Below, in pieces: positions 56,934-64,000 of a stretch of 64,000 nt of DNA (positions are counted from its first letter, which is position 1; each line of letters starts with the position of its first letter). This DNA comes from Histomonas meleagridis 2922-C6/04-290x (lineage: Eukaryota; Protista; Parabasalia), in assembly GCA_020184695.1 (NCBI GenBank), contig JAANOX010000055.1, positions 62,001 to 126,000 of the forward strand. The letters are read 5' to 3'. The position numbers and the translations under genes are program-made. The notes beneath the pieces are model-generated. The model worked only from the letters and a program-made list of their open reading frames with translations, was not told where the DNA came from and did no database searches.

Positions 56934-58217
56934 ATGTCACAGGGAAAACATTCATCATCAGATACTGTTGTTAATATTAGCTTTGAATCTGGTAGCTCAT
57001 CAAAAGAAAAGAAAAAAGTAAGTGATTCATTCAGTCCTTCATTTCTTTCATTTGATTCACAAAAAACAGACATCATTTCTCCAACTCAAAAACGTCCTTC
57101 TTCAAGTAGCAGCGCTGCACAGGCTAAACCAAGGTCTCAAGCTAATTCAAATTCTTCGATTCCAAAAAGGCAATCAAAAACAAAACCTAGTACATCTTCA
57201 AATATATGCGATCTCGATTTTTCAAGTCCATTCAAATCTTCTTCAAAGACATCAGCTCAATTCGAAGAAAAGCCATCAAGTAAAATATCAAGTTATGATC
57301 CTCTTAAAACTAAAACAGAACCACAAACACCAACCCATGGTCCTGATCAAGGAATTGGTGAAACTTCGTTAACAATTGATGACTTTGAAGATATATCAAT
57401 TTCATCATCAATTTCAAAAATAACTTCTGAAAAAATTTCAAACGGCTCACCAAAAAGGCATTCAGATGTCCTAGATCCTAATCCTTCTTTACGTGCTGAT
57501 TTTTCTCAAATTTCCTCATTACATAAATTTTCACCATCACAAAAGAGCGAACTACAGAAGAACTCAAACACACCACAGGCGCCAGAAGCCAAACATTCAC
57601 TTTCTAATTCGGAATCTAAACACCAAATTCCCATAAAATGTGACGTGCAGAATGGGGCACCCCAAACCCCTCGTAATTATTCTTCGCAAAGCAGTATTTT
57701 ACTTTCTGGGAGTCAAAAGATCCCAACAGAATCCTCTAAACCAATAAACATCCGGCAAACGAGGAAGCCATGGTATGAAATTGATGAAACTAAGACCGAA
57801 ATCAAATCTGATCAATCTGCAGAAATTGAAAAACTTCGTAATTTAGTACGTGAACAAAGAACAATCATTGAGAACCAGAAAGAAACCATACGTCTTCTAA
57901 TGAATGAAGCTGTTTCTCATGAAGAGATAACATCTTTAAGAGCTGCACTTGCATCCAAGTCACCTCTTCTTCAACTTGTCGCAGCAACACCAATGAGTGA
58001 ACAAAAGGCAACGAAGCGACTTAGAGCTGAAAATGCTGCTTTAAGAAAAGAAATTGAAGAAATCGAAATTCGGCACATGAACGATTTGAAACAAATGAGG
58101 ACACAATTTGCAGCCCTCGCATCAAGGCCAATGCCTACAGATGGATGCGCTAAGTGTAAACGGAGAATAAGGGAACTCGAAGCGGAATTGAAGAAATATC
58201 AAAGTAACTCACAGTAG
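56934..58217 (+). CDS. Ser-rich low-complexity protein with C-terminal coiled coil
   Basis: 427-aa intact ORF. Confidence 0.75.
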   Translation: MSQGKHSSSDTVVNISFESGSSSKEKKKVSDSFSPSFLSFDSQKTDIISPTQKRPSSSSSAAQAKPRSQANSNSSIPKRQSKTKPSTSSNICDLDFSSPFKSSSKTSAQFEEKPSSKISSYDPLKTKTEPQTPTHGPDQGIGETSLTIDDFEDISISSSISKITSEKISNGSPKRHSDVLDPNPSLRADFSQISSLHKFSPSQKSELQKNSNTPQAPEAKHSLSNSESKHQIPIKCDVQNGAPQTPRNYSSQSSILLSGSQKIPTESSKPINIRQTRKPWYEIDETKTEIKSDQSAEIEKLRNLVREQRTIIENQKETIRLLMNEAVSHEEITSLRAALASKSPLLQLVAATPMSEQKATKRLRAENAALRKEIEEIEIRHMNDLKQMRTQFAALASRPMPTDGCAKCKRRIRELEAELKKYQSNSQ

Positions 58218-58309
58218 CTGTTATATGTTTTTGTAATGTAAAAATTTGTAATTATAAATATTTGTAGTGTTATTAAGGTATACATCATATTAATATAATT
58301 TCTTATTAC

Positions 58310-59330
58310 ATTTGTTTAATAAATTTTTCTTCTTTAAAGTCTTCAGTAAATTTATCTTCTTCAATATTTGTAATCTTTATCCCTGTTGCAAATGTATTTG
58401 TTGTTTCATTTTCTTTGTCTTCACTATTAACATTTTCCTTGATTTCTTCTTTTTTATCATGAACATGTTTTAATAATACAATGAGTAATGTGAATATAAT
58501 ATAATATATTTATATCGATAAAACAAACAGAAAAAATGATGATGATTGAGGGATATAATTAGTATAAAAATTCGAATAATAATTAAAAATACGTTTATAT
58601 TCAGTATCAAATTTCACAATAATGAAAAAATGTCATTAGCTCATATAAAAAATGATAATAGAAACAAATATTTACAAAAAAATTATCGAATGACGCATAA
58701 TATATTTTACTAATAATACTAATGTTATTATAGAGGAGTAACGAAATTTGGTTCCTTGAAATCAACAACAAACGGATCTTCATCAATCTCTTTTAATGCA
58801 GATGTACATGTGAAACTGTTCCATTCATTTGTTTGATAATTATAATCTTGCACGACATCTTCTTTATGAACATTTTTCTTGCGTCCAAAGTAAAAGCTTA
58901 AAACGATTACTATAATAATCACAACAACAACAGCTGTAATTCCTGCAATGACTCCAATATTTAATTGATTTTGTTTTTGAGCTTCTGTTTCAATTCTTTG
59001 CTTATAAACAAAGAAATAATTCGAATAAAATTCTTGAAATGTGGTAAAATGAATAACTGTATAATTATAAAAAAATTTCGAGTTAGTATAAGTTAAAGTT
59101 GAATACATTGAAAGAATATATGAATTCGATGCATATTAATTTTAGAAATCACAGTTTGATAAATGGTTGTGTTTATAAGAGTTTTCGTTGTTGTTACTGT
59201 TTTCGTTTGTGAATATGTTAAGGAATTCTGTAATGTACTAACAACAATTGGAACTAATGTGCTAGAGCGTGTAATACTTAATGAAAATGTTTCGGACCTT
59301 AAATAAGAGGATATTTTGTTAATTATTATG
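58310..59330 (-). pseudogene. Two remnants of BspA/PMP-type surface protein C-termini (stalk, TM, acidic tail)
   Basis: Tails EIDEDPFVVDFKEPNF and NIEEDKFTEDFKEEKF resemble that of the 15934 gene; frameshift at about 59115 and internal stops. Confidence 0.6.
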
Positions 59331-59593
59331 TTAATTTTCTAATGATATTACAATATTTCTTAAATTTTTACTTAAATCTAATCAATAGATTCTATATGAT
59401 TGCATAAAAATTAGATGCATGTAATTTTTATATCCCACTGCTCATATAACATACACATAAATACATAAAATTATTAAACTTGGAGCCAAAGAACAATGCG
59501 ATAACTGAACACCTACATCAACATTGTACCACAAAACATTTTTATGTATTTTTTGAAGTTTAAAATGAAGTAATTGATTAATAACAATTTATT

Positions 59594-60400
59594 TTATTTC
59601 CAACCAAGCGCATTTTTTGTTGTTGTTCTGATAGTATTTGCCTTATAATTATCAATGATAACCAATTTATCATTTCCCTCAACAACAACAGTGAAGAAAT
59701 GGAACCCCTGCAAACACACAAAAACATTCGCGTTCGGATTTAGCCAAACTCCGATTGTTCGACCATCGAAACTTTTGAGAACTCTGATTCCAATGTTTTG
59801 TTGTGTGGGACTTACGTATCCGTTATGCTCAATGATAGCAAGCGCTTCATCACTATTATCGCCATTAAGCAGAAGCCAAACAAATGACATCGTTGTCATC
59901 TTATCAGAAAATACATATGGCTCATCGCGATAAAAAGAGGATGACATTTTGGCCGAGGTGAATGTTAGAGAAATAAGCAGTAAAAGACAGGCTTGTGGAC
60001 TCTTTAAATAGTTTTTGGTGGCAATAAATATAAACGCTTCATCACGATCTTGTGTATGCTGAAATAATGCAACACTATGCTTGGGATCGAAGCTAGTACA
60101 AAAGGCAAAATCAGGTGAAACACGTTGAAAAATATTAAGAATTTCCGATATCAATATATCTTCAACAGGAACATTAATGTTTTCTGGTCGCTGACGCGCA
60201 ACATAAATGTGCGATTGTATAACAGCAAAAAGTCCGCATGGACCTCCTTTTGTTTGTTTGAGAACATCTGTATTTGGAATAAATACAAATGGTTGACACC
60301 AACATTGAAGCCTCGAAAGATCTGATTTCCCATTATTCATTTGAAATACAGCTTTTGATAATTTATCATATTCTTCTCCTTGAACCATAAACTCATTCAT
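59594..60400 (-). CDS. MINDY3/4-family (DUF4205) deubiquitinase-like protein
   Basis: LKQTKGGPCGLFAVIQ catalytic Cys motif; His in VFVCLQGFHFFTV. Confidence 0.8.
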   Translation of the reverse strand: MNEFMVQGEEYDKLSKAVFQMNNGKSDLSRLQCWCQPFVFIPNTDVLKQTKGGPCGLFAVIQSHIYVARQRPENINVPVEDILISEILNIFQRVSPDFAFCTSFDPKHSVALFQHTQDRDEAFIFIATKNYLKSPQACLLLLISLTFTSAKMSSSFYRDEPYVFSDKMTTMSFVWLLLNGDNSDEALAIIEHNGYVSPTQQNIGIRVLKSFDGRTIGVWLNPNANVFVCLQGFHFFTVVVEGNDKLVIIDNYKANTIRTTTKNALGWK

Positions 60401-60599
60401 CCCTCATAAAAAAGTGCAGATTATCAGCGACCGTTTATCATATATCGGTCATTATTGCCTATCGTCAAAGGTTTTATGGGTGATCATTTTTCCCACAATG
60501 ATCCGGTTGTGGTTATAACGTTATAACGTTACAAGGCATTAAATTAACAAAAAACCGAAAAAAATTCTATTCTATCGTTCTCGTTTTGTGTGAAATAAT

Positions 60600-61713
60600 A
60601 GTAAATTAAAAGATACAGCAAAATTTGCTGTTGCTGGAGGAAACCTTGAGATTATTCATTTATGTGAACAAAATCATTTAAAATTTGAAAACACTCTTGA
60701 AACAGCTATTGAATTCCATCGAAATGACATCTATAAATATATATGTGAAAATAAATCTGTACTTATTAAATATGATATTTTGGCAAATTATTGTATTAAA
60801 TGTGGGAATTATGAAATTCTTTCATTTATAGAAAGTAATTTGGAGAATAATATGTCTTTTCTAAATACATCAGTAAGCATTGGAAATTTATATCTTGTTA
60901 AACATTTCATACAAAAATGTTCTCTTTCTAAAAACATTTCGTTTGATTCATTTTAAAAACAGATATTATTGAAATTGTGCAATTTATTCTTGAACAAAAT
61001 GGAAACAAAATTAATGAAAAAGATATCTATTTATTATACATAGTATTGATTTAAATATTTTATTATTTAATGAAAATATTGATTATTCATATTATATCAA
61101 ACACCATTTATCGTTGCATCTAAAATTGGTTCTAAAGTAATTATAAAGTTGCTTCTTTATAAAGATGTTTGTTTAATTGATTCTAATATTTCTTAATTTC
61201 ATTGATGTTTATTTTTGTAATTTTTTACTTAATTTTAATTAAGGTTTATTTAAAATATTTTGCTAAATTTAGCAACTGAAAATGGGCACACTGAAATAGT
61301 TAAACTATTATTTGATCATTTAAAAAATATTTCAAATTCCGGTTTTTTTAAATCACTTTATATTTCATTTTTGTTTTCAAAGATTATTATAATCTTTTGA
61401 ATCAATTTTTTTGTGTGCAGCATTAAATTCTTTGAAAATTATAATATATATTTAATTCACCACTTGCATATTGATATTAATATTAAAAATATTCATTTGT
61501 TTATTTTAATGTTTTAAGTAATAATTTAATTTTTTATAATAAAAATGGAAATTACATAAAGTATTTGAAACAGTACTAAGTATTGCTAATAAAAACAATA
61601 AAAAAGATATGGTTAAATTTCTAATTCGGAATGGGGCGGATTATGAAGCTACATACCATGAATTAAAAAATTCAAATGAATTTGAGCCCGTTTATCATGC
61701 AATACATTTTTAA
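60600..61713 (+). pseudogene. Degenerate DUF3447-ankyrin gene with damaged 17-nt insert clusters
   Basis: KFAVAGGNLEIIHLCEQNH...AIEFHRNDIY; clusters of 76 nt (61025-61100) and 79 nt (61491-61569); stops and frameshifts. Confidence 0.7.
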
Positions 61714-61948
61714 ACGTATCGTGATGAACTTTTTACAACTTTTTCTATATCATTCCACGGTTATTTCATAAATCCAAGAAGCAAAAAACATTCAAATCTC
61801 AACAGCCAAACGACAGAACAACAACATAACCGTAATACTAAAATCTGGTCCTCCCCTGATCATAACGGTCGCGTTTTCTCAAAAACGAGTTTTTCTGTGT
61901 TATATTGCAAAAAAATTTCGACCTTCCAATTTTTTTTCCTATTAACAC

Positions 61949-64000
61949 ATGAAGTTCCTTTTAGCTGGCATCTATTTATTTATTAATTTTGTATCAAATA
62001 ATTCAAATATTGTAAGTAACAGAAATAATTTTTATCTTCCACACAAACAAGAAGAAGAAAAGAAGGAATTGAATACATATTTTTATCAAAATGAATATGA
62101 AATACTTTTCAATGGAATATCCAAAGAATTTTACTCATTTTTTCGAACAAGTTTTTCTAAGATTTTCAATTTTTCAAACGAAAGAGGATTTTTCACACGA
62201 AATGGAATAAAATATAACATAAATAATGAAATTTTCAATTTATTCAAGACTTTTTTTCGAATAATTTTTAATTTTATGATAGTTTTTCAAGAGAATTTTG
62301 AATTTTTCAACATTCTTTTTCTTTTCAACTTCATTAATAAAAGAGATAAATATTTTAACGAAAAAATTCGAAATAAAAATAATAACGAAAAAATAAATAC
62401 ATTTTTATTTCTACTTTTTATTGGATATAGTCTTGAAATATATTATGAAGGTAATCAAAGTCTTATAATTGAAAGCGAAGAAGATTTTGAAGATTTCCAT
62501 AAAGAAGAAGCGATATCTCTTTTTATCTATTGTGATATTTATGAAATTCCAGAATCAAGTTTTTCAAGATGTAATTTAGTTCAAAGTGTTTATATTGGTG
62601 ATAATATTATAAGTATTGGTTATTCTTCATTTTACCAATGTTCTAATTTAACGAGTGTTTTTATATTGGTAATAAAAGTTAAATATATTAGAGATACAGC
62701 ATTTTATTCATGTATTAACTTAAAAGAAATTAATATTCCGAACTCAGTTGAAACTATTGCGACATATGTATTTTATCGGTGTTCTAATTTAATAAGTATT
62801 ATTTTAGGCGAAAGTGTTTCATCAATTGGGACGAGTGCATTTTCATCATGTACCAAATTAAAATATATTTATATTCCATCATCAGTTACAAAGATATCAA
62901 AAGAAGTATTTTCATCATGTCAATCACTTGAAAATATTAATATTTCTAAAGATAATTCATATTTTTCTAATTATTATAATGATGGGGTTTTCTATGATAA
63001 ACATATTACAATAATTTATAAATATCCGTTAGGGAAACCAGACGAAACATATTCAATTCCGAACACAGTTTCCACTATTTCAAGTGATACATTTTCATAT
63101 TGTGATAGTTTAAAATATATTACAATTCCAACATCAGTTACAAATATTGGAGAATCAGCATTTTCATATTGTGATAATTTAGAATATGTTAAAATGAATT
63201 CGAATATTTCAGTTATTAATAAACGATTATTTTCAGAATGTTCCAAATTAAAAGAAATTTTATTACCAACAACGATCACATCGATTGGAGATTCTTCATT
63301 TTATCAATGTTCTAAATTATATGAAATTATCATTCCAAAATCAGTTCAAAATATTGGAGATTCTTCATTTTCAGGATGTAGTAATTTAAGTAATATTGAA
63401 ATTTTAGGGAATAATTTAACGAGTATTGGAGAATCAGCATTTTCATCATGTAGTAATTTGAAATATATAAATCTTCCTAATTCAGTTACTAATATTGGAA
63501 CGTCAGCATTTTCATCATGTTCTACATTAGAATATATTGAAATAAATTCAAATCTTTCTGAAATTTCCGATTCTTTATTTCGACTTTGTTTCAATTTAAT
63601 TAACATTACAATTCCAGAAACAGTTATAACGATTGGAAGATATTCATTTTCAAATTGTTATAGTTTAAAAGATATTACAATTCCAGAAACAGTTATAACT
63701 ATTGGAACATATTCATTTTCATATTGTGATGGTTTAAAATATATTACAATTCCAACATCAGTTACAAATATTGGAGAATCAGCATTTTCATATTGTGATA
63801 ATTTAGAACATATTAAAATGAATTCAAATATTTCAGTTATTAATAAACGATTATTTTCATGATGTTCCAAATTAAAAGAAATTTTATTACCAAAATCAGT
63901 TCGAAATATTGGAGATTCTTCATTTTCAGGATGTAGTAATTTAAGTAATATTGAAATTTTTAGGGAATAATTTAACGAGTATTGGAGAATCAGCATTTTT
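61949..64000 (+). CDS. BspA-like LRR_5 surface protein, premature TGA at 63860-63862, runs off the window end
   Basis: Many IPxSVTxIGxSAFSxCxxL repeats; the frame continues past the TGA with further LRRs, then hits a T-run frameshift at about 63957-63961. Confidence 0.8.

Overview
AT-rich eukaryotic genomic DNA, almost certainly from a parabasalid (Trichomonas/Tritrichomonas/Histomonas-like). This rests on the EF-1alpha sequence, the DUF3447-ankyrin and BspA-like LRR families, a Pam18-type J protein and CCTTT-type ribosomal-protein promoters. Housekeeping genes (Derlin, chromodomain protein, PAM18, SWI3-like, EF-1alpha, kinase, GRIP golgin, RPS3A, VPS9 protein, RPL21, ARL8, MINDY) alternate with accessory blocks of DUF3447-ankyrin genes, BspA genes, pseudogenes and two DNA transposon insertions with 8-bp target-site duplications. 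Several highly conserved genes carry single-base homopolymer frameshifts that look like long-read errors. Main discovery: in one ankyrin subfamily the D-x-x-G-x-T hairpin loop of every repeat is interrupted by AT-rich inserts of exactly 17 nt with no GT-AG ends (typically ATTT...TTT). These separate single codons, giving the pattern D|17|x|17|x|17|G|17|x-T-A-L. I decoded 100 such inserts in clean register at four loci (20+31+8+41). Deleting them restores consensus ankyrin repeats and stop-free frames over the insert-bearing span of three genes (2206-340=1866 nt, 2546-527=2019 nt, 2092-697=1395 nt, all multiples of 3). The sequence alone cannot show whether they are removed at the RNA, DNA or translation level, and I cannot check the literature for prior description.
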